Below the pieces are notes generated by a model, which saw nothing but the letters and a program-made list of their open reading frames with translations, searched no databases and was not told the DNA's origin. Shown here piece by piece: positions 16,601 to 26,399 of a stretch of 64,000 nucleotides of DNA. The stretch's first letter is position 1, and the number at the start of each line of letters is the position of its first letter. The position numbers and the translations under genes were made by a program. Origin of the DNA: Armatimonadota bacterium (lineage in GTDB: Bacteria > Armatimonadota > SYMT01); NCBI GenBank assembly GCA_041690135.1, contig JAWLHY010000009.1, positions 160,001 to 224,000 on the forward strand. Direction: 5' to 3'.

Positions 16601-19600
16601 ATGCCCGACCGCCGCGTCTACCGCCCCACCGCTCTGCTAGGAACTTCCTGGGTCGTCGCTCTCCTGGCCCCAGGCATGGCAGCCCTCTCGCTAACTGCCG
16701 CCCCTTCGCGACCCACCGCCAGACCCGCCCCGCCAGCGGCGAAAGCCGTGTCCCCGCCAGCGGCCGCAAAGCCGGGATCCGGCACCGTTTCGCTTTCCGG
16801 ACCCTGGCGCAAGGGGTACCGGCTGGCCGCGGGCGAGACCGTGGAGATCTCGGTGCACCTCGACCGCCCCTCTGCTCTCCCTCCGAACGGTCGGGTGCGG
16901 GTGGAGTGGACGCTGGAGCGGCCGGACAATCCGGCGGAGGTCGTCCGCACTCCCGAGAAGGGCGGGCCTCGCCCGGTGGACGCGTTCGAGATCTACACCG
17001 CCCCCACCGCCAACTGGCAGAAGGTCCTCCACGCCCTGGACGGAGATGTCTATCTCCTCTACCGCGCGCCGGTGAGCGGCGCCTATAGCCTCAAGCTGGC
17101 GCCCGTTACCGACGAGAAGTGGGTGGGCGACGCGCCCCGCTGGCGAGAGAAGGGTCTGGCCGCGGAAATCTTCCCGCTGCCCCGGCGCACCCCCTGGCCC
17201 CGGGGGGCAGCGGCTTCCGTCTCTCTCTCCGTCCACCGCATCGCCCTCGGCACGGCAGAGCAGGCCCAGCGTCTCGGGAGTGTGGTAGAGGTCGAGCCGA
17301 ACGATACCCCGGAACAGGCGCAGCCGCTCGCGCTGCTGCCGGATGCCCCTCCAACTGGGGGCCAGGGGACCGGGGTCCGCACCTACGAGATCACCGGCAC
17401 TTCGGACGACCTCGAGTATTTCGACAACGGGCGTACCGGCCGCTCCGGCGACGACTGGTTCCGGGTGGAGTTGCAGGGGACCGAGCCCCGGCTGGTGACG
17501 GCGCAGCTCAGCATGCCGGGGCAGTTCCTCGCGGCGCGCATCCGGTGCTATCAATTGCAGAACGGGGCCAGCCCCCGCGTCCCGCTGGGCGCTCTCCTGC
17601 CGATCGCCGAGTACGTGGGGAAGGTCAACCCAGAGCGCCTACCGTGGCAGGAAGGCAAACAGATCCAGTTCCCGGAAGCGCAGGACCCGAACGAGCGGGC
17701 CCACCGGCAGGACGAGCCGCACAGGGCGAACATCAACCGGATCCTGGAGCCGGGCAAGGTCTACTACTTCCGAGTGGAAGCCAATGCCCCCGCCTACCAG
17801 TTCCAGATCCGCGTCTTGAAGCCCGCCCCCTATACCGACCCCCGGATGGCGGTGCGGCAGGCGATGTACACCCAGATCGGGCAGGTGGATGCCTGGCTGA
17901 CCAACCGCCCGCGCGGCGCCAGCCTGGAGCGCCGGATCCGGGACACCGGCAATCTCCTCGGCACCGGGTGCATGAGCTGCCACACCCAGTCCGGGGTCTG
18001 GGGCCCGGCCGTCCCGATCCAGAACGGGTACCGGGTGGAGAACCGGCAGAACTACGACCACCTCCTCAACGTGATGTACGAGTGCCTGCGGCCGACGAAC
18101 GAGTTGAAGGACGCCGCCAACAACAACAGCGTCCCCCCGCTGGATCTCGGCGACGGTCCCGCCGGAACGCGCGTAGCCGGCTTCAACATCGCCACCGTCG
18201 AGCGGGTGATTCCCCCGCGCAAGCTGCACGCGAAGCAGCAGATCCGCGCCGCGAACCACGTCCTCCTCACGGGCGATCCGGACGGGATCAACGCCGCCGG
18301 GCCCGGTTCGAACGTGGGCGAGGCGATCGTCCAGCTCTTCGGCGCGGAGAGCCTGGGCGCCGCCTGGAAGCAGACCGGCGAGCCCCGCTACTTCCGCGCC
18401 CTGGAGACGCGGGCGCGCGAAATCTTGAAGGACGTGCCGGCCTACACCGATGACATCGCCGTCCGGCTCGATTTCTTCGGCCGCGTTTTCCCGTTGGATC
18501 GTTATGCCGAGCAGGCGCGGAAGGCGGCCGAAGCGGAAAAGGCGGCGGGACAGCCCCAGAAGGGCGGCCCCGCGGAGGTCGCGGCACTGATCGAGCAGGC
18601 GCGGGCCCAGGTTCTCCTCGACGAACACCGGCTCCGGCAGATCCAGAACCCGGACGGCTCCTGGGGCTTCCACCCCGGCTCCAGCCCCGATGATGGGAAA
18701 AGCTGGGCCCGCGGCAACAGCGATTGGGACCCCGCGCCCACCGCGCTCGCGATCACCGGCCTGACCTCCCTCGGCCGGACGAAAGATGATCCGGCCATCG
18801 CGAAGGGTGTCCAGGCGCTCCTGCGGATGCAGGACCCGTCCGGCCGCTGGAACAAGGCGGCGATCACCGGCTTCGTCACCACGGGCTATGCCTTGCACGC
18901 GCTGGGCCGTCTCTACCCAGAGAAGCCGCGCACTCCCATGCGGAGCGAGTTCATCCCGCCGGCCGGCGAGACCTTGCCGGCCGCCGTGCGGCGAGTCCAG
19001 GCGCTCGCTCTCACCGGCGAGCCTCGCTTTGCCGACCTGCTGCGCCAGGCCGCCGCCCATCCCAGCCCGCTCGTGCGCTATTGGGCCCTGGTCGGCCTGG
19101 GCACGATCCATACCGACGCCGGGGTGCCGCTCCTGCTCGGCGCACTGAAGGACAGGGCGAAGCCGGTCCGCGACGCCGCCGTCTGGGGACTCCGGCAGAC
19201 TCTCCTCGACGACCGCGGCTGGCCCGCGCTCTTCGCCGCTTACGAAAAGGGCGACGATTATACCCGGGAGGGAGTCCTCCAGGCGCTCGGGATGCGAGCG
19301 GACGCCGTGCTGCCCGGCTCCTCGCTGGATTGGAAGCGCCTGGCGCGGACGCTCGACCGGGCGATGAACGACGACCCGCACCCGGCCGTCCGGGCCTGGG
19401 CGAGCAAGGCCGCCTGGCAGTGGTGGATCTGGAACCCTCCCGTCCGGCCGGCGGTGAATGCCGCTTGGATCCGGATGCTGGCGCGGCCGGAGCCGAACGC
19501 CCTGGTGGAGCACAACAACCGCTACTCCAGCCAGGCGCTCTTCATCGCCAACGGACACCGGGCCAACGGCTCCCAGGAGCACCAGTACCGGGAGCTTTCC

Positions 19601-21247
19601 GCCCTGTTCGAGGCGCTGCGCCAGCGGCTCGAGACCGCGGACCCGCCCACCAAGTCGCGGCTGGCCCGGCGGCTGGTTGCCGTGGGGGCCACCTTCTACC
19701 AGACCGGCGAAGGCGACGGCGGCAGCCCGGGGCAGATGGGCTACGCGACGCCGGGATCCGGCGCCCTGTTCGGGCAGGCGGTCCTCGTCTACCTGCGGGA
19801 AGTGGAGCCTACCCGGGATATCCGCGCCATCACCGCCGGCCTGGAAGGGGCCGCGAACATCCCGCACGGCCCGCTTCAGGAGTTCCTCATCGACTATGCG
19901 CTCAAGGCGCCCGAAGAGCTCCGCCGCACCGCCGCGGAGGCGGTTTCAGACCCCCGCTCCGCAATGCTGGAGGCGGCGCCGGAGCGGGTCGGTCCGCTGA
20001 TCGCCCAGGTGCAGCGGGGCGCGGCAGACCCCGCGCGGCGTCCTACCCTCTCCGATCCGGTGATCAAGCTGTTCGGCTCAATCAACTGGCTGGTTTCGAA
20101 AGACCCTGAGGCGCAGCGCCACTTCCTCGACCTGATGATCCCGAGGTTTGAGCGATACATCAGCCCTGAAGAGATCCGCTCCCTCTCCGATCCCACCGCG
20201 AAGGCGGCGGCAGAGCGGGAGATGGAGGCGGCTTGGTACCTGGCGGATGAGATGGGCGAGGTTTTCGACTCCAATCCGGACCTTCGCCTGGATATGGTCT
20301 TCCGGAAGTACTTTCCGGCGGAGTTCCGGAACCCGCTGGAGCGTCACTTCTGGGTCCGCAGCGTCACCTGGATCCTGGAACACAAGCACGCCCCACCCGC
20401 GGCAGTACCGGCGGGCGAGCAGCCGGGCCCGCCGAAGAAACCGGTTGATCTGAAGGCGGACCCGGGTCTGGTCATCAAGGACCGTGCCCTTCAGCTCTAC
20501 CTCGACGCGCTCCGTCCGGACGCCCTCCCCCAGACCCGCGCCGTCGCCGTGGGGATCTCGAACCGCACGGCGGTCCGGCGCAACCCCGAGGTCCTGCTCG
20601 CGCTCTCCCGGCTTCTGGAGGTGGAGAAGGACGAGCGGCTCCGGAAGATCGCCGAGAACGTGGTCAAACAGGGCTCGGAACGGTTTGTTCCGGACCTGGT
20701 CGAGGCCCTGAAGCACGAAAAGCGGCCCGGCAACGGGCTGATGGAGGACGGAACTGTCAACCCGCTCTTCCTGGAGGACGTCACCTATTTCCGGGACTAC
20801 GTCATCCCCGAGTTCGCCCGGGCGAAGCGCTCCGACCAGAAGACGTGCATGGGCTGCCATGGGAACCCGGGAGCCGTTCCTTCCTTCACCCTGAAGCCGA
20901 CCGACGACTACGGCTACCTTTCCGTCGCCGACCTCCTCTTCAACTACCGGGAGTCGCAGGCGCGCGTCAACCTCGCCGACCTGGAGCGCAGCAAGCTCCT
21001 GCGCAAGCCGCTGAACGTCCAGGACGGAAAGGAAGAGGGTCACCAGGGCGGCCGGCGCTACCTTCCGCAGGACGAGGGCTACCTCATCCTCCGGAAGTGG
21101 GTGGAGAACCAGCCGAAGGTCCGCGCTGCGGTAATGAGCGCCCGCGAGCCGGGACGGCACCCACTAGCAAGCCTGCTTGCTCGACTGCGATCGCCCGCTC
21201 TCAAGCCGCGGGGAGCTAGAGGAGGTGCTCAAGCAGGTCCACGGTGA
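16601..21247 (+). CDS. large exported multidomain protein: PPC-like region, CxxCH, prenyltransferase/squalene-cyclase-like repeats, HEAT repeats, C-terminal cytochrome c
   Basis: Signal-like N-terminus; 'EVEPNDTPEQAQ'; CMSCH (17969-17983); 'QNPDGSWG', 'QDPSGRW'; HEAT 'HPSPLVRYWA', 'DPHPAVRAWA'; CMGCH (20846-20860) with 'SKLLRKP...GHQGG'. Confidence 0.88.
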   Translation: MPDRRVYRPTALLGTSWVVALLAPGMAALSLTAAPSRPTARPAPPAAKAVSPPAAAKPGSGTVSLSGPWRKGYRLAAGETVEISVHLDRPSALPPNGRVRVEWTLERPDNPAEVVRTPEKGGPRPVDAFEIYTAPTANWQKVLHALDGDVYLLYRAPVSGAYSLKLAPVTDEKWVGDAPRWREKGLAAEIFPLPRRTPWPRGAAASVSLSVHRIALGTAEQAQRLGSVVEVEPNDTPEQAQPLALLPDAPPTGGQGTGVRTYEITGTSDDLEYFDNGRTGRSGDDWFRVELQGTEPRLVTAQLSMPGQFLAARIRCYQLQNGASPRVPLGALLPIAEYVGKVNPERLPWQEGKQIQFPEAQDPNERAHRQDEPHRANINRILEPGKVYYFRVEANAPAYQFQIRVLKPAPYTDPRMAVRQAMYTQIGQVDAWLTNRPRGASLERRIRDTGNLLGTGCMSCHTQSGVWGPAVPIQNGYRVENRQNYDHLLNVMYECLRPTNELKDAANNNSVPPLDLGDGPAGTRVAGFNIATVERVIPPRKLHAKQQIRAANHVLLTGDPDGINAAGPGSNVGEAIVQLFGAESLGAAWKQTGEPRYFRALETRAREILKDVPAYTDDIAVRLDFFGRVFPLDRYAEQARKAAEAEKAAGQPQKGGPAEVAALIEQARAQVLLDEHRLRQIQNPDGSWGFHPGSSPDDGKSWARGNSDWDPAPTALAITGLTSLGRTKDDPAIAKGVQALLRMQDPSGRWNKAAITGFVTTGYALHALGRLYPEKPRTPMRSEFIPPAGETLPAAVRRVQALALTGEPRFADLLRQAAAHPSPLVRYWALVGLGTIHTDAGVPLLLGALKDRAKPVRDAAVWGLRQTLLDDRGWPALFAAYEKGDDYTREGVLQALGMRADAVLPGSSLDWKRLARTLDRAMNDDPHPAVRAWASKAAWQWWIWNPPVRPAVNAAWIRMLARPEPNALVEHNNRYSSQALFIANGHRANGSQEHQYRELSALFEALRQRLETADPPTKSRLARRLVAVGATFYQTGEGDGGSPGQMGYATPGSGALFGQAVLVYLREVEPTRDIRAITAGLEGAANIPHGPLQEFLIDYALKAPEELRRTAAEAVSDPRSAMLEAAPERVGPLIAQVQRGAADPARRPTLSDPVIKLFGSINWLVSKDPEAQRHFLDLMIPRFERYISPEEIRSLSDPTAKAAAEREMEAAWYLADEMGEVFDSNPDLRLDMVFRKYFPAEFRNPLERHFWVRSVTWILEHKHAPPAAVPAGEQPGPPKKPVDLKADPGLVIKDRALQLYLDALRPDALPQTRAVAVGISNRTAVRRNPEVLLALSRLLEVEKDERLRKIAENVVKQGSERFVPDLVEALKHEKRPGNGLMEDGTVNPLFLEDVTYFRDYVIPEFARAKRSDQKTCMGCHGNPGAVPSFTLKPTDDYGYLSVADLLFNYRESQARVNLADLERSKLLRKPLNVQDGKEEGHQGGRRYLPQDEGYLILRKWVENQPKVRAAVMSAREPGRHPLASLLARLRSPALKPRGARGGAQAGPR

Positions 21248-21675
21248 CCTGGATGCGGCGGTGCTCGCTGCCTACGGCTGGCTGGTGACGCTGACCGACG
21301 AGGAGATTTTGGAGCGGCTGGTGGCCTTGAATGCGGAGCAGGTGGCGGAGGAGCATCGCAGCCTGGTCCGTTGGTTGCGGCCGGAGTTCCAGCACCCGCA
21401 GGGAGCGGCGCGAACGGCCCTGGATAAGGCGGAGGGAACGGAAGCGGTGGCAGCGGTCGACCCACTTGCAGCAAACCGTGTGGCGGGCGGGAATGCGGGA
21501 GCAGGCCAAAGCAGTGCGGACGGCGCTGTCGGCGGCGGGGAGCCGTGATGACTGCGGAGCAATGGGAAGGCGTTCAAGGGGGCGCGGCAGAAGCGGGTGG
21601 GGACGCTGCTCTCCACGCTGGTGTCGCTGCGCCAGGCGCGACAGGTAGCTGAAGGGCACTACACGGCCTCAGGGT
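21215..21675 (+). pseudogene. C-terminal remnant of MmeI-like type IIG restriction-modification enzyme
   Basis: 'LKQVHGDLDAAVLAAYGW...DEEILERLVALN...VRWLRPEFQ' then frameshifted 'EQAKAVRTAL' and 'FKGARQKRVGTLLSTLVSL'. Confidence 0.8.
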
Positions 21676-21809
21676 GTGCACCGTTTAAGGACCCTTTTCA
21701 ATAGCGTTCGTGAACCCGCCTGGGTGACGGTACATTCGCTGTGCATAAAAGAAGCTATGTTAACCCACTACCCGGGCCGCGGCCAGTGCAGGATATTCCG
21801 ACTCGATGC

Positions 21810-21866
21810 GACCAATTGGTCGCTGCAACCGATCCGTTCAGATGACGGTTGTGCTTAGGGTTAGGC
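21810..21866 (+). mobile_element. attC-like site (57 bp, degenerate R'')
   Basis: GACCAAT-tggtc-GCTGCAAC...GTTGTGC-ttagg-GTTAGGC: canonical R''-5-L''...L'-5-R' spacing. Confidence 0.65.
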
Positions 21867-21879
21867 CAGTGGAGACGAG

Positions 21880-22614
21880 TTGCTAGTGTCCGAGACTTTT
21901 GCTGAACTTGACATTCCATTCCCCCTTTTCGAAGGACCGTCCGACCAGGCGACCGAATACTGCGGCTTGGGCGCCTGCTCCTTGTGTAGGAGTGACCAAC
22001 AACACTGTTTCACGCTCGGTATCGGCTGTGCCGTCATGTTGGCTTGTCCGAATTGCGGGACGCTGAATGGCCTGGACGCTGATGATCGTGAGGATGGCCC
22101 ATGCCGCCAGTGCCAGGCCACCGTACCGTTTCCCGCTATTGCGGACGAGGAGATCCAGGCGTGCTACTCTTGTCTCCGTGCCGGTAGAGCAGCCATCACG
22201 AAGGACACGGAACTGGGAATGATCTCGTGGGAGCAGGCGTTCGAGGGGGTCACCCACGGCCGTCCCGGGCTGCACCGGCCTGATTTCGAGATGGTCCCCA
22301 AAGAGAGCGATTGGGTCGGTGTACGGTTACCTCAGGAGATAATGTTCGAGCTGTTGCGGACGCCGACGTACAGCAGCATCCAGGGTGAGCAGTGGCAGTT
22401 CTGTTGCGGGCAGCCGATGGTGTTCGTCGGCGAGTGGAGCCAAGAGGCGTTTGCTCGGCGTGCTCCGGACGGAAACGGTCAGCGGTTCTTTGAAGAGATC
22501 GTGCAGGACAGCAAGCCGGGTCTGTGGGAAGATCGGCTGGACGACGTCATTGAGGTTTACGTCTTCCGCTGTGCGCTGTGCGAGAGACTAACGGCGCACT
22601 GGGATACTGATTAA
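21880..22614 (+). CDS. CbrC/UPF0167 family protein (gene cassette)
   Basis: Multiple CxxC; 'ELLRTPTYSSIQGEQWQFCCG' and 'YVFRCALC...HWD' resemble CbrC. Confidence 0.8.
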   Translation: MLVSETFAELDIPFPLFEGPSDQATEYCGLGACSLCRSDQQHCFTLGIGCAVMLACPNCGTLNGLDADDREDGPCRQCQATVPFPAIADEEIQACYSCLRAGRAAITKDTELGMISWEQAFEGVTHGRPGLHRPDFEMVPKESDWVGVRLPQEIMFELLRTPTYSSIQGEQWQFCCGQPMVFVGEWSQEAFARRAPDGNGQRFFEEIVQDSKPGLWEDRLDDVIEVYVFRCALCERLTAHWDTD

Positions 22615-22616
22615 CG

Positions 22617-22707
22617 GGCCCGATCTCCGCTGCACCTGACCCGGCACGGGTGCTTCGGGTGCGAAGTCATCGGTCGGCGGCCGGTCCGTTGAGCTTGGTT
22701 GTTATGC
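22617..22707 (+). mobile_element. attC-like site
   Basis: GCTGCACCTGAC left arm (22629) and GTTGAGC-ttggtt-GTTATGC right arm (ends 22707); R'' decayed. Confidence 0.65.
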
Positions 22708-22724
22708 ATCGCCCGGGTGATTTC

Positions 22725-23402
22725 ATGCCCCTTACCAAGTCGCAGATTGCCACACTCAAGCGCAAGGCGGCCGACAACTCGTTAGAGGTCGAGTACCTGC
22801 TGAAGATCGCCAAAACCGCCGATGTCTCGGCGGTTCCGTTATTGAGCGACTTGGCTGCACGGCACGGTTGGTCCTACACCGGCTGGGAAGGCGAGGCTCG
22901 GGTTGTTCCGTTCGCGAAATGGGTCGAGGCGATCTCCGTCTACCTGACGGACGGGTGCGACGGACTGGTAAGCTACGCCCAGCGGCCGCCGGAGACGTCG
23001 TGGTCGTTTGCCCTTTCCGTCCTCAAATCGCTGCGCACGCCCGCCGCGCTACTTGCTATTGCGGAGCTGGCGGATCTCGTTCGCGATCATATCGATGAAC
23101 GTCCAGATGACGCGCAAGAGGTTGTAAACGCGGTGGACAATACCGTTGGTGGGAGGGATGCCCCAGAAATCTCGGAAGCAGCTCGCATGCGGCTTAGAGA
23201 CTTCCTGCACGCCGTGCTTTCTTCATCGCTTGCGGAAGTTTGGGTGGGTTCGGCGATCTTCGCGCTAGGCAAGGTGGGCGATGCGTCATCGTTGTCGATC
23301 ATCAGGAATGTGCGCCCGCTCGGCGGGTTCTGGCGCACAGTGCCGAAGCAGGCAATACGAGAGATCAAGAACCGTTCCGGCGGCTCGGCGAGCGATGCAT
23401 AA
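22725..23402 (+). CDS. HEAT-like helical hypothetical protein (gene cassette)
   Basis: Stop TAA lies within GCATAAC (23397-23403), complementary to the upstream GTTATGC; 'AIFALGKVGD' HEAT-like. Confidence 0.75.
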   Translation: MPLTKSQIATLKRKAADNSLEVEYLLKIAKTADVSAVPLLSDLAARHGWSYTGWEGEARVVPFAKWVEAISVYLTDGCDGLVSYAQRPPETSWSFALSVLKSLRTPAALLAIAELADLVRDHIDERPDDAQEVVNAVDNTVGGRDAPEISEAARMRLRDFLHAVLSSSLAEVWVGSAIFALGKVGDASSLSIIRNVRPLGGFWRTVPKQAIREIKNRSGGSASDA

Positions 23403-23460
23403 CCCGCCGTTGCATTGGACCGCGCTGCGCGCTCTGATCAGCAATGGAACTGCTTCTACT
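23397..23460 (+). mobile_element. truncated attC-like site
   Basis: GCATAAC-ccgcc-GTTGCATT-GGAC left half intact; no GTT core on the right. Confidence 0.55.
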
Positions 23461-23585
23461 TCCGGAGCCTAATCGAATGGGCTCCTCCACATCCGCACGA
23501 GTTGGATGGAACGGCTTACCTATGTGTAAGTTCTAGGATTGCGCCGCGTAGAATCTCTAGAGTTATCTGGCATGTCTGTTAAGGA

Positions 23586-23912
23586 TCATACTTGGCCAAT
23601 CCCCAGGCTCTCGCGGGCGCTTTCGACCACGGCGCATGTCACCCGCTCCAACTGGTTGGCGTCCAGCAGCCGTTCCAGATGCGCCAGCAAGCGGTGGAGC
23701 AACCGGAAGTTGCCCCCAGTGACGCGGACGACGGTCTCGATCACCTCCACGTTAAAGGGTGCGGCATCCGCTAGCACCACGCCGGCCGGCGTCAAGCGCG
23801 CCTCGACGCGGCGCCGTGCGGAACGGAACGCCGGTTTCACGGGCAACTTGGACTAGCGGCGCCCCCTGCTCCAGGTGCAGTTGGAGTAAGCGGAAGCGCT
23901 CCAACTGCTCGT
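23586..23912 (-). pseudogene. fused remnants of a Mu/TniA-like transposase N-terminus and TniB-like AAA ATPase C-terminus
   Basis: 'LERFRLLQLHLEQGAPLVQVARETGVPFRTA' (HTH) joined to 'RVTGGNFRLLHRLL...VVESARESLGIG'. Confidence 0.75.
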
Positions 23913-24147
23913 TGGCGGTGCTCTTCGGAGACAGAGGTGTGCTCGTCCATCGACGGCGTGGACCCAGTGGCGCGGGAAGATTACGCCACTTACCGCCGAA
24001 TTGACACCGGTCCATCGGGATCGGTTCGGCAGCAATCGGACCCTAAGGTGATCGTGAAGAACACTCTTTGTGAGTAGTGCGCCAGAATGGCAAGGACCCA
24101 AGCATTAGCGGCAGACCTACTGCCGGTCTTCTGAAAGCAGGCAAGGT

Positions 24148-25365
24148 ATGCGCACTCCACCTAACCGTGTCCACCAGCCTGGCAGCCACCGGGCATGGTG
24201 GGCCTCGCTTTCTTTGCTGGCCGCGGTGGTTGTGGCGCCGGTCCCGGCGCCTGCGGCCGGGCTGCGCGGCGACGGCCTAGCGGACGACACCGCAGCGCTA
24301 CAGAAAGCACTGGATACGCGGAAAAGTCTGCATCTGGGGCCGGGCCGCTACCGCATCACCCGGCCGCTGCGCCTGCCGGCCGGCGCCATCGTCACCGGCA
24401 CCGGCACCCTCCTGGTCGACTTCGACAGTGGGAAGATGGATGCGTCCAACGCCGCCCTCTATGGACAGGGAAAGGACATCCGCCTGGAGGGGATCACCAT
24501 CTCCAAGCGCTTCCGCGACGGCTCTTATGGGGTCGGCGTGTTGATCGGCGCGGGCAGCCGGAACGTAGTGATCCGCAACCTGGAAATCAGCGGCTACAGC
24601 GCGCGCTACGGCATCCACCTGGTTGAGACGGAAAACTTCGAGATCACCGGCTGCTACATCCATGACTTTCTGATGGACACTGCGGCGGACATGATCCTGG
24701 ACTCCCCGGCGGGCATCCGGATTACGCGTTGCAAGGACGGCATCCTCAACAGCAACCGCATCCTTCGGATCGAAGTGGGCGCGCAGGGGTATGCCTCCCT
24801 CTCACCCGAGCGGCCCAAATACGGCCGGCAAGGCTACCAGTCTGACTGCATCACGGTGATGCAGAGCCAGGCCATCACGGTGATCGGCAATGTGCTGGAC
24901 ACCAGCGGCGAGGGGATTGATCTACTCCTCTCGTCCGAGTGTGCGGTGAGTGCCAACCGCATTCACAATATCTGGCTGCAGGGCATCAAGATGCTGGGTG
25001 TACGCTACACCTCGGTGACTGGGAATGTTCTGCGAGCGTGCTTGCAGGGCATCGGGCTCGCGGAGCATGTCTCCATGAAGACGGACTGCCTGGGTAATAC
25101 GGTGACGGGGAACACTATTCTAGACTCGGGTGCGCCCGGAGCCTTTCGCGTGCCTGACCTGATGCGGAGGGGTCTTGCCGGAGCCTTCGGTATCGACCTG
25201 AGCGATCGCTGCGTGGACAACCTCATCGCCCACAACACAATCCTCGATACCCAGGCACAAAAAACGATGACTCATGCGGTGCGGCAGGAGAAGAAGCTCC
25301 GCAACATCATAGAGGGCAATAATACAGGCGCCGAGTCAGAGCCGCGGCCGGGCCAGCCCCAGTGA
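24148..25365 (+). CDS. secreted right-handed parallel beta-helix protein (pectin lyase fold)
   Basis: Signal peptide; 'GDGLADDTAALQKALD'; Asn-ladder repeats 'VIGN', 'VSAN', 'VTGN'. Confidence 0.88.
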   Translation: MRTPPNRVHQPGSHRAWWASLSLLAAVVVAPVPAPAAGLRGDGLADDTAALQKALDTRKSLHLGPGRYRITRPLRLPAGAIVTGTGTLLVDFDSGKMDASNAALYGQGKDIRLEGITISKRFRDGSYGVGVLIGAGSRNVVIRNLEISGYSARYGIHLVETENFEITGCYIHDFLMDTAADMILDSPAGIRITRCKDGILNSNRILRIEVGAQGYASLSPERPKYGRQGYQSDCITVMQSQAITVIGNVLDTSGEGIDLLLSSECAVSANRIHNIWLQGIKMLGVRYTSVTGNVLRACLQGIGLAEHVSMKTDCLGNTVTGNTILDSGAPGAFRVPDLMRRGLAGAFGIDLSDRCVDNLIAHNTILDTQAQKTMTHAVRQEKKLRNIIEGNNTGAESEPRPGQPQ

Positions 25366-25379
25366 TATCGCTTCTGCAC

Positions 25380-25530
25380 TGGAATGCAGTAGGGCAGTGG
25401 CGCAGCGGGAGAGCCGCGGCTCCAGTCCCGGCATTGCCATCAGGATGAGGCCCGACCTTGTCCGGTCGAAGAGGTTACGGAACTCCTCCAGGCTGGGCAT
25501 CTTGAGCCGGTCCGCCTCATCGACCACGTT
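25380..25530 (-). pseudogene. Walker-B fragment of transposon AAA ATPase
   Basis: 'VVDEADRLKMPSLEEFRNLFDR...LILMAMPGLEPRLSR'. Confidence 0.75.
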
Positions 25531-25650
25531 CTGCACGTTCCTTACGCAAGACGGATCATAAGATGCCGTGCAGCCCGCAGCCGGCGACCCGCTCGAACGG
25601 AGGCGCGCTGTGGTGATGCTGTCCTGTTGGGAGAGATAAGCCGTGGCGCC

Positions 25651-26172
25651 TCACACTTGCGCAGGGGAACCGCTCTCCCCCGTCCCCAATCCGGCACTGG
25701 TGCGGTTGATAAGGGCGGCCAGCGCATTCACCTCCGCTTCACCACCGATGTAAATGGCACCTGTGGTAGGGTTGGTATCAAAGCGAAGTTCAAACGCTCC
25801 CGTTTTCCCGATTGGATTTGCCACCGCAGTACCGGTCCAGTGCTCACTCCCAAGCTTCCTTCCGAAAGCTTCACGGATCACGTCGACACCTTGCGACGTG
25901 ACGAGAATGCGAAGAAGGGTGTTTCGGTCAACGACAGCATACGCTAAGAATGCGCCTCCCACGATGAGCGCGTTGAGCTGGAAATGGTGTTCCAGAACGG
26001 CACGCCAGGCGAACGTGCCGAGAGCGAGACACCCGAAGCCACCTACCAACCAGACCCGCCCAGATTGCGACTTGCGCGCCAAACCCTTTCGCTTCAGCGG
26101 CGCCCTCAGTTCTAGGGTCCCGTCGGTGTCTGAGAGCACCGTCCAGCCGTAGGTCGTCAGTGTACTATCCAT
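25651..26172 (-). CDS. 2-TM membrane hypothetical protein
   Basis: ATG ORF with two hydrophobic segments. Confidence 0.6.
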   Translation of the reverse strand: MDSTLTTYGWTVLSDTDGTLELRAPLKRKGLARKSQSGRVWLVGGFGCLALGTFAWRAVLEHHFQLNALIVGGAFLAYAVVDRNTLLRILVTSQGVDVIREAFGRKLGSEHWTGTAVANPIGKTGAFELRFDTNPTTGAIYIGGEAEVNALAALINRTSAGLGTGESGSPAQV

Positions 26173-26296
26173 AAGTCAGCATCCACCTGCGTTTCAGTCA
26201 CCCACGGGGAGCAGGCGAAGCAACGAATAGCGCCCATTGACGGGCATAGGGCGGGGAAGGGGAGGCGGGTGAAGAACGATGCGAGAGAGGGGCAGA

Positions 26297-26368
26297 TGGG
26301 CCCAACAGGATTCGAACCTGTAACCAAGGGATTATGAGTCCCCTGCTCTGCCGTTGAGCTATAGGCCC
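26297..26368 (-). tRNA. tRNA-Ile2 (anticodon CAT, lysidine type); CCA not encoded
   Basis: GGGCCTATAGCTCAACGGCAGAGCAGGGGACTCATAATCCCTTGGTTACAGGTTCGAATCCTGTTGGGCCCA; cloverleaf; anticodon arm resembles ileX rather than tRNA-Met. Confidence 0.92.
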
Positions 26369-26390
26369 GCGGAGCGCTGCCGACGAGGGC

Positions 26391-26399
26391 ATTCTACCA
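26391..26399 (-). promoter_or_regulatory. extended -10 promoter of tRNA
   Basis: TGGTAGAAT on minus strand ~22 nt upstream of the tRNA 5' end. Confidence 0.55.

Noticed and set aside
17639-19867. Long antisense ORFs (also 8789-10420, 30123-31835, 46629-48266, 59975-62260)
   Set aside because: Shadow frames of real GC-rich genes; no motifs or RBS.
15660-26296. att direct repeat of the tRNA 3' end, or a prophage
   Set aside because: No convincing copy of the tRNA 3' end, integrase or phage structural gene seen.
26297-26368. tRNA-Met (initiator or elongator)
   Set aside because: Paired G1-C72 excludes the initiator, and the overall sequence resembles lysidine-type tRNA-Ile2.
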